From a virus (lineage: Duplodnaviria > Heunggongvirae > Uroviricota > Caudoviricetes): 64,000 bases of DNA. The first letter of the stretch is position 1. The number at the start of each line of letters is the position of its first letter. The stretch is taken from IMG/VR virus record IMGVR_UViG_3300033120_000816. The stretch is one strand, 5' to 3'. Below, one piece after another: positions 56,295 to 64,000 of this stretch. The notes below the pieces were generated by a model that did not search any database, was not told the origin of the DNA, and saw only the letters and a program-made list of their open reading frames with translations. The position numbers and the translations under genes were made by a program.

Positions 56295-56360
56295 CTGTAA
56301 AGATACGTAGTTAGTTTGAAATAAAAAAAGCCCACACATGGCGGGCTCAAAAAAAAATAA
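56295..56360 (-). promoter_or_regulatory. Terminator-promoter cassette: hairpin GCCCAC-acatg-GCGGGC flanked by A/T runs (bidirectional terminator, 56321-56360), then TATCTTTACA -7-like box (56297-56306) for the gene at 55709..56272
   Basis: On the minus strand the hairpin is followed by T7. The same TATCTTTACA core serves the early plus-strand promoters. A similar 'TTTGAAATAAAAAAGCCCA...' cassette recurs at 59822-59860. Confidence 0.45.
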
Positions 56361-56574
56361 TTGCAGCACTCTACTTTTTTTACCGTTTCTGGCGCGTCTT
56401 ACATGTATCCGAATTGATTGCTTTCGGGCAATCTCCTATCAGTAACGGATGGTTACTGCGCTCCTCTCTATGGTTTGTGCGGAATGTAGGGATTTGAACC
56501 CAGTATGCAGCCGTTATCTGCTATTCCAGTTTGTGTTGTTCTTATGCGTCTCCTCCCATGAGGTAAAATTAGTT

Positions 56575-56644
56575 GCGGTAACAGGACTCGAACCTGCGAC
56601 CTATAGGTTATGAGCCTACCGAGCTAACCACTGCTCTATACCGC
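56575..56644 (-). tRNA. tRNA-Met (anticodon CAT; elongator Met or Ile2-type)
   Basis: Reverse complement: GCGGTAT-A-GAGC-AGTGGTTA-GCTC-G-GTAGG-CTCATAA-CCTAT-AGGTC-GCAGG-TTCGAGT-CCTGT-TACCGC. All arms pair, U33 is present, the anticodon is CAT. CCA is not encoded. Confidence 0.8.
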
Positions 56645-56690
56645 GATACAAATGTAGGAAGTGTTTTTGAAATAAACAAAATCAAAAAAA
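56645..56690 (-). promoter_or_regulatory. Bacteroidota-type promoter for tRNA-Met: -33 TTTG ... 20 nt ... -7 TACATTTG immediately upstream of the tRNA 5' end
   Basis: Minus-strand sequence is ATTTTGtttatttcaaaaacacttccTACATTTGtatc-GCGG(tRNA). This is an exact match to the TAnnTTTG consensus with canonical spacing. Confidence 0.5.
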
Positions 56691-56720
56691 AAAGAGCCAG
56701 CCCAAGACTAGGCTAGCCTT
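56684..56720 (-). terminator. Probable terminator for the minus-strand gene 56758..57183 (imperfect GC-rich hairpin followed by T10 on the minus strand)
   Basis: A10 on the plus strand at 56684-56693 lies next to GAGCCAGCCCAAGACTAGGCTAGCC. The stem is imperfect. Confidence 0.35.
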
Positions 56721-56757
56721 ATCTATCTATGCACGAGTTAAATTACGTGGGTTTCTT

Positions 56758-57183
56758 TTAATAATATTTGTTCATTGCATCGTATATCTTCTCTGTTAGA
56801 TAGCCTGTAAGATATGCGTATGCTTCATCGCTGGTGTTGATATCTAGTGACAACCCCACTCTTTCCAATACAAATGTAACGATGTGAAATATCTCATGGG
56901 CTAGTATCCCGTAATCTTTGCTGGTGGTTGGTAGCTTTCTTAGGCGTATGATTGATGCGTTGTTACTAAACATCACCGCTCTGCCTTGCACAAAATCTGA
57001 AGGATAGGCACATGCTTGTATGTCGCTTTCTTTTAGTGTTGTGTACTTATCCAATTCAGCGCGTAGCTGTTCTTCGTCTTGGTTTACGCTCAGCATTACT
57101 TCAAAAGGGTACACCTCCATGCTTATTATTGCAGCAAAGGATGGGTTAGCCTTTTTGGTCTTCTTTGGTTTTTGCTTCTTCAT
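56758..57183 (-). CDS. minimal HExxH zinc metallopeptidase-like protein (141 aa)
   Basis: 'YGILAHEIFHIV' matches HExxH. The N-terminus is Lys-rich (KKQKPKKTKK). Confidence 0.55.
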   Translation of the reverse strand: MKKQKPKKTKKANPSFAAIISMEVYPFEVMLSVNQDEEQLRAELDKYTTLKESDIQACAYPSDFVQGRAVMFSNNASIIRLRKLPTTSKDYGILAHEIFHIVTFVLERVGLSLDINTSDEAYAYLTGYLTEKIYDAMNKYY

Positions 57184-57371
57184 TAGTCTCTAAGAATATA
57201 TAATCCGATTAAGAACAATAAATACATGCCTATTGTTTCGTAGATGGCAATTTTAAGTGCAACCCTAACAGACTCTGGCATCTCCCCAAAAAAGTAATAA
57301 GGCACAGATATACACAGTATAACCACCACCGGTGCTGTCAATCTAAATATTGGGGTTCTGTGTGGGCTCAT
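57183..57371 (-). CDS. small membrane protein (62 aa)
   Basis: Two hydrophobic helices. Its ATG overlaps the stop of the upstream gene. Confidence 0.4.
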   Translation of the reverse strand: MSPHRTPIFRLTAPVVVILCISVPYYFFGEMPESVRVALKIAIYETIGMYLLFLIGLYILRD

Positions 57372-57383
57372 CTCTGTTGTTAA

Positions 57384-57893
57384 TTACTTCTTTTTGTCTT
57401 TTTTAATCAGCTTCTTGTATTCGGTTGCCGTTATCTCCTCCATGTGTTCTACTGGAGTGTAGGTAACGTAATCGGAAAAGCTCAATAATATTTCTCCGTT
57501 CTGACCCCACTGAAGCCCAGGGTGAAACTGAACTTGTCTGCCGTCTCCGCTTTCCCAAGGTTCGTAGTTAAACAGAGCATTAAACTCGTCGTCTGTTATT
57601 CTTGGTAATGCTTGCTCTTGTGCTTTTAGTAATTTACCCTCTTTTGTTTTTGAGGATATAAGATACTCCCCGGCTTCATATCTTGACCCTGCTTTTACCC
57701 AGCCTTTGGGTGGAGTTTCTGTGAACTTTGCGGATAGCACACCTCCAAATATACACTCCATATCACCTCTGATATATTGTGCTCCTTGCGCTTTAGCCCA
57801 GTTCAATGCTTGGGAGTTACAGTCTTTGCCGCGCGTCCACATCTCTTTTATTTTAAGTCCCAGTGGGCTGGACTCCATGATTTTGATGAACAT
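57384..57893 (-). CDS. hypothetical protein (169 aa)
   Basis: ORF. Confidence 0.5.
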   Translation of the reverse strand: MFIKIMESSPLGLKIKEMWTRGKDCNSQALNWAKAQGAQYIRGDMECIFGGVLSAKFTETPPKGWVKAGSRYEAGEYLISSKTKEGKLLKAQEQALPRITDDEFNALFNYEPWESGDGRQVQFHPGLQWGQNGEILLSFSDYVTYTPVEHMEEITATEYKKLIKKDKKK

Positions 57894-57998
57894 TGTTGTT
57901 GTGTGGTTTTTTATTGTTGTGTGATTGGCGAATTAAACTGCTTGTTCTTTTGGCTCCTCAAATAACACATAAGGGATAGTAACCTTACTCCAGTCCTT

Positions 57999-58355
57999 TT
58001 AATAAAGCATTTTCTCTATAACACCCCAATCTACATAAGGTCTATCTCCATTTGTTGGATGCACTAATGGGCATCCTAATGCAGCATCATCTATGTACAT
58101 TTGTGCATAGCATTTATTTGATGAAGTCCAAACAGCCTGTGTTGGGTTGTATTGCTTACCGTATAGCGGTATGTCATTAGCTGCAAACCAATCTATAGCG
58201 TCTTGCAATTCTTTACCACTACGCATTGTAAACAATATCAGCTTATGACCATCTTGTGTAAGCCTTTTTAATACTGGCACAGCCCCAATGTCTGAGCCTA
58301 CTAATGGGTATTCATGCTTAACGCATGTACCATCAAAATCTATTGCTATTTCCAT
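57999..58355 (-). CDS. small HAD-superfamily phosphatase-like protein (118 aa)
   Basis: Motif I 'IAIDFDGTC' (DxDGT). Motif II 'ILFTMRSG'. Conserved K. Motif IV 'YIDDAALG'. Confidence 0.6.
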   Translation of the reverse strand: MEIAIDFDGTCVKHEYPLVGSDIGAVPVLKRLTQDGHKLILFTMRSGKELQDAIDWFAANDIPLYGKQYNPTQAVWTSSNKCYAQMYIDDAALGCPLVHPTNGDRPYVDWGVIEKMLY

Positions 58356-58386
58356 ATTTTATATTTTAATTATCGGGTATCCTTGG

Positions 58387-58938
58387 CTATCGTTTGGGTT
58401 CTTCAAAAAGCACATAAGGAATTGTGGTATTACTCCATTTATTACCGTATATTCTTTTCGCCTCAGATACTACCAATTCTATAAATTCTTTCCATTGTGC
58501 AGGTGGTATTGTTTGACATCCTTCACTTGATGTAGTGGTTACGCCGCCTCGGTGAATGTTGATGCCGAAAAAGCCTGTGTCGTCACCTACTCCGTCGCGA
58601 GCTACAGTTACTTTACCAGCCCATTGAGCTAATGCCTGGTAGCCTTTATGTGCTCCTATTCTATGAGCGTAGTATGTGTCTGGTTTTAGCATCGCCAACC
58701 CCTTTTTGAATTGCGCGCTGGGGTCAGTATTGCCATTGAAGCTTTGGAAGACTTTGGGTGACACAACAAATATTGCATCGTCGTAGATTGCTCTGTCGTT
58801 CTTGCCTTTTACTCCCATGCTGTCAGTGTAGTAGCCTCTTACGCCTACTATATACAAGGGAAATTTAGGGTCTACTGGCTTGGGTATTTGAGAGAGTAGT
58901 TCTTCTCTTTTTCTTTGTGGTCTGCTGTTTGGTAGCAT
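58387..58938 (-). CDS. L,D-transpeptidase (YkuD)-fold-like protein (183 aa), possible cell-wall hydrolase
   Basis: 'GINIHRGGVTTTSSEGCQTI' resembles the YkuD catalytic His ... Ser-x-Gly-Cys motif. Confidence 0.45.
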   Translation of the reverse strand: MLPNSRPQRKREELLSQIPKPVDPKFPLYIVGVRGYYTDSMGVKGKNDRAIYDDAIFVVSPKVFQSFNGNTDPSAQFKKGLAMLKPDTYYAHRIGAHKGYQALAQWAGKVTVARDGVGDDTGFFGINIHRGGVTTTSSEGCQTIPPAQWKEFIELVVSEAKRIYGNKWSNTTIPYVLFEEPKR

Positions 58939-58982
58939 AAATGTTTATTACTTGTTGGTCAAAGTTAGGGAATTCTATTTGG

Positions 58983-59022
58983 CTGGCATTGCGACGCTCC
59001 GTTTAGGGTTCGGGGCAATGAT
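58983..59022. repeat. 40-nt repeat copy B (CTGGCATTGCGACGCTCCGTTTAGGGTTCGGGGCAATGAT)
   Basis: 34/40 identical to 11203-11242, in the same orientation. It is also intergenic, 4 nt downstream of the stop of 59027..59356. Confidence 0.6.
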
Positions 59023-59026
59023 GCGG

Positions 59027-59356
59027 CTAGCTCATTAGCTTCATCTTCCACTTCTTCATAAACCTAATAGGCTTATCATCAAAGTCGTAGTAGTAGCTGC
59101 CGGTTATAAGCCACTTTATAGGCATGGTGATAGCAAACAAAATACTTACTACAAAAAATAGTGGCGCAGTGAGTCTCCATAGTGGCGATGCTTTCTTTTC
59201 TTCTATCTTGTAAAGTATCCTTTTGGTCTCAAGATAATCCCTTATAGCAGTACGCTGAACATAAGACAGGCTTTCTATGTCGTTCTTTTTCAAAAACACA
59301 TCTATGCCGTTAATCACGCTATCGGCAGATCCGGTAAAGTAGTTGTATAGTTTCAA
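59027..59356 (-). CDS. membrane protein (109 aa)
   Basis: Hydrophobic segment LTAPLFFVVSILFAITMPIKWLITG. Confidence 0.45.
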   Translation of the reverse strand: MKLYNYFTGSADSVINGIDVFLKKNDIESLSYVQRTAIRDYLETKRILYKIEEKKASPLWRLTAPLFFVVSILFAITMPIKWLITGSYYYDFDDKPIRFMKKWKMKLMS

Positions 59357-59369
59357 TTTCTGTTGCTAT

Positions 59370-59810
59370 TTAGCTATTCACTGAATATATAAGCAAATTC
59401 AATCGCTCCAAAACATCTCCACCTGTGTGGCCGTCCCACTCAGGCGCCTTCTCTAGCTCTTCGGCAAAGTAGCACTTATCCCACTCTGACATTGGTAGGT
59501 GGTAGGTAATTTGCTGACCTTTGGATTTATATATACCCAAGATAAACCAACCTTCTACCTCGTGCCCACTTGAGTGCGCTTTGGATTTCCATACTGGGCT
59601 ATCTCCTTTACAGTACTCCCCGTTGCGACTTGGGTACGCTATTTGCTTTGCCAACAACATGTACAGTGCTATCCGGTGGTTATACAACTCTCCGAATGTA
59701 TGGTAGCCATCGCTTATGTCGTCAGTGGCTATCTGACCTGCGTTTGCCCTCTCTTTTATGAGGGTGTTGATTTGTTGTGCGTTCATTTTATTGTGTGTTT
59801 TGTTCAGCAA
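59370..59810 (-). CDS. hypothetical protein (146 aa) with SDGYHTFGELYNHR motif
   Basis: ORF. I do not recognise the motif. Confidence 0.5.
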   Translation of the reverse strand: MLNKTHNKMNAQQINTLIKERANAGQIATDDISDGYHTFGELYNHRIALYMLLAKQIAYPSRNGEYCKGDSPVWKSKAHSSGHEVEGWFILGIYKSKGQQITYHLPMSEWDKCYFAEELEKAPEWDGHTGGDVLERLNLLIYSVNS

Positions 59811-59886
59811 ATGTAAATAAACTATTTGAAATAAAAAAGCCCAACATTGGCGTGCTTGGCTAAGCCCTCAGAACTTACTAAAGAAA

Positions 59887-60300
59887 CTAAGGATTGTCGA
59901 TACCATTATCTACTTTAGAATACTCAAAAACTAAATGATTGGCTATGTGGTTAAACTCTAGGGTATTTTTATCCTCACCTGTAAGAGTTTCATACATTCT
60001 ATTCGGAACAATATTAGCCAATGCGTGCAAAAAAGCTTTTAAATTGTCATCATTTTCAAAGTCTGATTGCTTTATGTAATGGTCAGAATTTTCGTCAAAT
60101 ACAGTTGCTACTGCCATCCCTAATTTTACTGCATACTCAAATTGTTTTTCCATTTTTAGTAAGTTTTTATCCGCTACCTGCGGAATGTAAATGTAAATAA
60201 ATATTCCTGAACAATCCTTGCTTTTGTGTAAATATTTTTTACCTTTGATGCTGATTAAAAATAAATACACACAACATGATTCATTCTGAGTTTGATTCAA
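59887..60300 (-). CDS. hypothetical protein (137 aa); last gene of the minus block
   Basis: ORF divergent from the chaperonin cassette. Confidence 0.45.
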   Translation of the reverse strand: MNQTQNESCCVYLFLISIKGKKYLHKSKDCSGIFIYIYIPQVADKNLLKMEKQFEYAVKLGMAVATVFDENSDHYIKQSDFENDDNLKAFLHALANIVPNRMYETLTGEDKNTLEFNHIANHLVFEYSKVDNGIDNP

Positions 60301-62060
60301 CGTCAGGGGTTTTTACTATCCCCGTTACGCTAAAAAAAGGTGGGGTAGCTAATAGAATACTTGTCAAACCAAAACCCAAAGATGTAGAGGTTTTAGGAAG
60401 TGGGCTGCAACTTCCACCAGGTAGTAAACTTATTTGCGACTCAGGCGTAGTTATATCTTGTGATGAAGGTTCTGCCGTAAATGTCGGGGATAAGGTTGAC
60501 TACAAAGTAGTGACTCGATTTGATGGTTCCGATGCGCCAGTTTACATTGACAACGAGCCATACGTGATATTGTTTGAGCACGACTTGTGGGCTGTAAACG
60601 ACATTCCATTCAATAGGGTGTATGTTCGACCTATATCGTCCACAATGGCTATTGGTGAAGATGGCGGATTAATTATACCTGTCAATACCAAAAGCTACGT
60701 ACAGCATGGCATTATCATTGCTGCTCCAGTAAACAATGACGACTTTCATGTAGGGGATGTTGTTTCCTACAGAACCAATGAGCAAGGTATGTTCCCTGAA
60801 GTAATAGACAGCAACGGGGATAAGTACAATGTATTGCGCACCACCGACGTCTATACAATAAACGGAGAGGCTGCACCCAACAAAATGATTGTCAAAATCA
60901 ATGTGTTGGAGCAGATGAAAATGAGGATGATAGACGACACTCAGTTGCAGGTACACCCAGCATTTGCCTACATGAAACACTACCTTCAATACGGCAAAAT
61001 AGTATCTGCCGGGTATAAGGCTTTGATGGCTTATGACGGGATTGATGTAGGCGACTATGTTGTTATACACCACTCAATTGAGCACCAAGATTTTAGGTTA
61101 CTTTCTGAGAAGTCTAACTCCAAGGGAATAGTTGTAAGTGAAGAGCGAATACTTGAATGTGTTAAAGATAATTCAAGAGAGATATTTGGAAAGATAGTGT
61201 TCAATGCTGATGCTAACGGCAAGCGCGTGCCAGCAAATGGTATATCTCATATAGATCCTGTTAACGGGAATATCTTCCTTGACTATCAAATAACTCCGCT
61301 TGAGTCAATCACACAAAAAGAACCAGAGGAGATGCTGGAACGTGTGGGGTTTGATTTATCCAAAGTAAGGACTGTGGACGAACTGGTGTTTTTAGTGGAT
61401 AATGCCAAGAAAAGAGGGGTTACTACATACACTGAGGATTTCAATCAAATGAAGGAGGTTCTAAGAGTTTTGAACCCAGAAGTTCCAAAGGATAAAAACG
61501 AGATTGACCTTATCGAAACAAAGATTGAGTTACTAAGACGTAATGCTGAACTAACTGCAGGACGTATCGGTAAGAATCATTTGATGGTCTGCAAGGCGTC
61601 AAATTACGCTATATGCGATTTGAGCCTAGGCGAGCAAGCACACATACACATAGTCACCCAGTCCTCTCAACTTTACCCAATAAAAGTAATGGGTAAAAGA
61701 TTTCTCATTGCACATAGTTCGTTTATAAAAGCAAGATTAACACACAATTGTAAAACAACAGAAAACATGGAAATTAAAGTAGGGGAATTCACCCCATTCG
61801 CTGACCTAGTATTGGTACAGCCCATTGGAGACACACAACTGAAGGATAGTAGCCTTATCCTGCCATCAACAGCAACCTTTGAAGCTCCAACTTATGGGGT
61901 TATCATATCGGTTGGCCCCGGCACTGACAAGGTGAAGATGGTTGTAAAAAAAGACACAAAAGTAGTATACAGAAAAGGTGTAGGCGAACCTATACATCTT
62001 GATGGGGTTGACTACTTGCTGCTGAGACAAGATGACCTGCTGCTCGGCAAGTTGGATTAA
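60276..62060 (+). CDS. single-chain poly-cpn10 protein (594 aa) with at least 4 tandem GroES-like domains
   Basis: The clear cpn10-like domains are aa 24-106, 112-196, 202-296 and 497-594 (R[IV]xV[KR]P ... GGhxhP ... GxVhA ... VxVGDxV ... YhhhxxxDhhAV). Weaker copies sit at aa 297-345 and 431-495. The C-terminal copy closely follows the GroES pattern (LVLVQPIGD...SSLILP...YGVIISVGPG...VVKKDTKVVY...DGVDYLLLRQDDLL). Confidence 0.7.
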   Translation: MIHSEFDSTSGVFTIPVTLKKGGVANRILVKPKPKDVEVLGSGLQLPPGSKLICDSGVVISCDEGSAVNVGDKVDYKVVTRFDGSDAPVYIDNEPYVILFEHDLWAVNDIPFNRVYVRPISSTMAIGEDGGLIIPVNTKSYVQHGIIIAAPVNNDDFHVGDVVSYRTNEQGMFPEVIDSNGDKYNVLRTTDVYTINGEAAPNKMIVKINVLEQMKMRMIDDTQLQVHPAFAYMKHYLQYGKIVSAGYKALMAYDGIDVGDYVVIHHSIEHQDFRLLSEKSNSKGIVVSEERILECVKDNSREIFGKIVFNADANGKRVPANGISHIDPVNGNIFLDYQITPLESITQKEPEEMLERVGFDLSKVRTVDELVFLVDNAKKRGVTTYTEDFNQMKEVLRVLNPEVPKDKNEIDLIETKIELLRRNAELTAGRIGKNHLMVCKASNYAICDLSLGEQAHIHIVTQSSQLYPIKVMGKRFLIAHSSFIKARLTHNCKTTENMEIKVGEFTPFADLVLVQPIGDTQLKDSSLILPSTATFEAPTYGVIISVGPGTDKVKMVVKKDTKVVYRKGVGEPIHLDGVDYLLLRQDDLLLGKLD

Positions 62061-62110
62061 TTGAGTTTTATTTTTTCACTTTATATTAATACACACAAAA
62101 CACACAGAGT

Positions 62111-63715
62111 ATGAGAGTAACCGAAATGGCTTTTGCGGCAGACGCCAAGCAATCACTCATGGCCGGAGTAGATAAAGTAGCAAACGCTGTAAAGTCCACA
62201 CTGGGACCTGGCGGCAGACATGTTGCTATTCAAAAAGGAAAGGGTAAGGCGCCACACGTAACCAAGGATGGCGTTACCGTGGCTGACAACATAGGCGCAC
62301 TGCAAAACCCTTACGAAGACATAGGCGCACAACTTGTAAAGCAGGCGGCACAAAGAACTGCTGCTGTGGCAGGTGACGGAACCACCACATCTACCGTTCT
62401 GGCTCAGGCTATGATAAAACATGGGTTTGAAGCACTGAAAAAGGAGAATGTAAATGTTGTGCAACTGAAAAGAGAGATGGACGAAGCTACTGCGATGGTG
62501 GTGGATACTATCAAGCACACTGCAAAGCAAATAAGTATTGACTCAAATGATATGGTGCACATTGCCACTATATCCGCAAACAACGACTCCGAACTTGGGA
62601 AGATTATTGCCCATGCTATGCGTATTGCTGGAGAGGATGGTGTAGTTACCGTAGAGCCATCTTCTACCGACGACACCAGTGTAGTTGAGTCTATTGGACT
62701 TGAGGTGGATAAGGGATTTATATCCGATAGGTTCATTAACGACTCTGAAAGAAGCCGAGTTGAGCTTATCAATCCGGTGATACTATTGTATCCAAAAAAG
62801 ATCAGCGACGCTAGGCAGATCGCAAAACTCATGAGTGATTGTCTTATTGCCAAACGTCCTGTGCTTGTCATAAGCGATAACGTAGACTCTGACGCGCTTG
62901 GCATGATGGTAAGAAACCAAGCACAACTTACATGTTGCGCTATCAAGCTCCCTCACTATGGCAGCCAAAGCCTTGAAATGCTAGAGGATATAGCGGTGGT
63001 AGTTGGTGGTACCGTAATAAGCGAAGACGCTGGGCAAGAATTGTCTAAGACAACCATTGCTATGTGTGGATCTGCGGAAAGGGTAGTGATTACCAAGGAT
63101 AAAACCATCATTACCAAAGGTGCCGGTACTCCTGATAATGTAGCCAAAAGGATTACCCAGTTGAAAAACTACCTGACTAGCGATGCTATAAAGCCGCAGG
63201 AAGTAGGTATCATAACAAAGAGAATTGCTAAGATTCAGGGCAAATCTTCTATTATTTACATTGGCGCTCCTACAGACGTAGAACGCAGGGAAAAAGCAGA
63301 TAGGGTAGATGATGCCTTACGCGCTACAAAAGCTGCAATAGAAGAGGGTGTTGTTGCTGGCTCTGGGAATACACTGGCCTATATATCTAGGCGCATGTTT
63401 ATGATGATGAATAAGCCTGGGCATGTTGTGATACAAGGTGCGCTTACGGCGCCTATGCAAACAATAATGAGCAATGCTGGGTTATCAGATAATACTATCA
63501 ACGTAAAGATAAACAGTGTTGATTACGGGCTTGGCATGAATTTATCTCCAACTAACACCTCGAATGAGACAATATCCCTCATAGAGTCTGGTGTAATTGA
63601 CCCCGCAAAGGTGGTTCGTGTAGCCTTGGAGAATGCAAATTCCGTAGCTGGCATGGTATTAACAACCGAGTGCCTGATGGTTGAGTCAGAAGAAACATTG
63701 CCTAACAAAAAATAG
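62111..63715 (+). CDS. groL: chaperonin GroEL/Cpn60 homologue (534 aa)
   Basis: 'AGDGTTTSTVLAQA' corresponds to GroEL 'AGDGTTTATVLAQA'. 'TLGPGGRHV' is present. 'EEGVVAGSG' corresponds to 'EEGVVAGGG'. 'VIDPAKVVRVALENANSVAGMVLTTECLM' corresponds to '[29 protein letters not shown]'. There is no C-terminal GGM tail. Confidence 0.85.
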   Translation: MRVTEMAFAADAKQSLMAGVDKVANAVKSTLGPGGRHVAIQKGKGKAPHVTKDGVTVADNIGALQNPYEDIGAQLVKQAAQRTAAVAGDGTTTSTVLAQAMIKHGFEALKKENVNVVQLKREMDEATAMVVDTIKHTAKQISIDSNDMVHIATISANNDSELGKIIAHAMRIAGEDGVVTVEPSSTDDTSVVESIGLEVDKGFISDRFINDSERSRVELINPVILLYPKKISDARQIAKLMSDCLIAKRPVLVISDNVDSDALGMMVRNQAQLTCCAIKLPHYGSQSLEMLEDIAVVVGGTVISEDAGQELSKTTIAMCGSAERVVITKDKTIITKGAGTPDNVAKRITQLKNYLTSDAIKPQEVGIITKRIAKIQGKSSIIYIGAPTDVERREKADRVDDALRATKAAIEEGVVAGSGNTLAYISRRMFMMMNKPGHVVIQGALTAPMQTIMSNAGLSDNTINVKINSVDYGLGMNLSPTNTSNETISLIESGVIDPAKVVRVALENANSVAGMVLTTECLMVESEETLPNKK

Positions 63716-63782
63716 TTGTTAGTTTGCAATAAATTGATTTATTTTTGCGCTCAACAGTGTTGTTGTGTGCGCTGCAAAGAGA

Positions 63783-63816
63783 AGCCCTTTCCGTAAAAAG
63801 AAAGGGCTTTTTGATG
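63783..63816 (+). terminator. Intrinsic terminator after the GroEL-like gene
   Basis: AAGCCCTTTC-cgtaaaaa-GAAAGGGCTT followed by TTTTT. Confidence 0.6.
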
Positions 63817-63820
63817 TGGG

Positions 63821-64000
63821 TTATTTGTCTCCCGATATTTTTATGCCATTGAGCCCGTTGATAATGCTTGACAGCTCAAAATAAGTCCCTGCCCAGCTAT
63901 CCGATGTTTTAATCACTGGTTTTAGCCATCTACCTATGAGTGGGTTGCCGTCGGTTATTGCATGTATGCCAGTCTGCACGGGCATGTTAGGGTCCGGTGG
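63821..64000 (-). CDS. 3'-partial CDS (C-terminal ~59 aa ...SDSWAGTYFELSSIINGLNGIKISGDK*) running off the right edge
   Basis: Minus-strand frame open from the window end to TAA (plus 'tta' at 63821-63823). Convergent with the chaperonin cassette. Confidence 0.4.
   Translation of the reverse strand, partial: PPDPNMPVQTGIHAITDGNPLIGRWLKPVIKTSDSWAGTYFELSSIINGLNGIKISGDK

Noticed and set aside
56470-56535. Another T-arm-like 'GGGTTCAAATCCC' segment (minus strand), with a possible anticodon-like hairpin GCAG-ATAACGG-CTGC upstream of it
   Set aside because: I could not assemble an acceptor stem or D-arm. It is probably a tRNA fragment or pseudo-tRNA and is not reported as a gene.
59822-59860. Second copy of the 'TTTGAAATAAAAAAGCCCA...' cassette upstream of 59370..59810
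   Set aside because: The hairpin is weaker here (CCAACATTGG core only). It looks like a degenerate terminator/promoter copy, so it is noted but not annotated as a separate feature.
1-64000. CRISPR array, integrase, transposase or other mobile-element hallmarks
   Set aside because: No array of short direct repeats with unique spacers was seen. No tyrosine or serine recombinase or DDE motif was recognised. The only notable repeat is the 40-nt pair recorded as a finding.

Overview
The window reads as a densely coded, AT-rich dsDNA phage genome segment with a Bacteroidota-type host signature. The promoters follow the TTTG ... N19-21 ... TAnnTTTG scheme, and Shine-Dalgarno sequences are essentially absent. 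My inference is a crAss-like (Crassvirales-like) podovirus; no database search was possible.

Architecture:
- 1-169 holds the 5' end of a minus-strand gene that runs off the left edge.
- About 270-11200 is a plus-strand array of roughly 25 small early genes. It includes a J-domain protein and a 746-aa protein ending in an NPPF-type SAM methyltransferase domain. These genes are driven by a thrice-repeated ~65-nt promoter module (ATATTACACAAA ... TATCTTTACA).
- A convergent bidirectional terminator sits near 11265-11295.
- 11322-60300 is a minus-strand late block: RHH regulator, terminase-like large ORF, three consecutive giant virion ORFs (645, 1962, 1245 aa), tail fibre-like proteins, candidate major capsid, scaffold and portal, a membrane-protein lysis-like cassette, a tRNA island with terminators (tRNA-Met CAT plus non-canonical tRNA-like genes), and several small accessory genes (a protein with an RxGWNGKGMF motif I tentatively link to DUF2829/Tad2, a HExxH peptidase, a HAD phosphatase, an L,D-transpeptidase-like protein).
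- 60276-63715 is a plus-strand pair: a 594-aa protein built from at least four tandem GroES(cpn10)-like domains, followed directly by a clear GroEL (Cpn60) homologue. This single-chain poly-cpn10 plus GroEL cassette is the most unusual element in the window.

The standard genetic code appears to be in use, with no sign of stop-codon recoding. No CRISPR array, integrase or transposase was seen.
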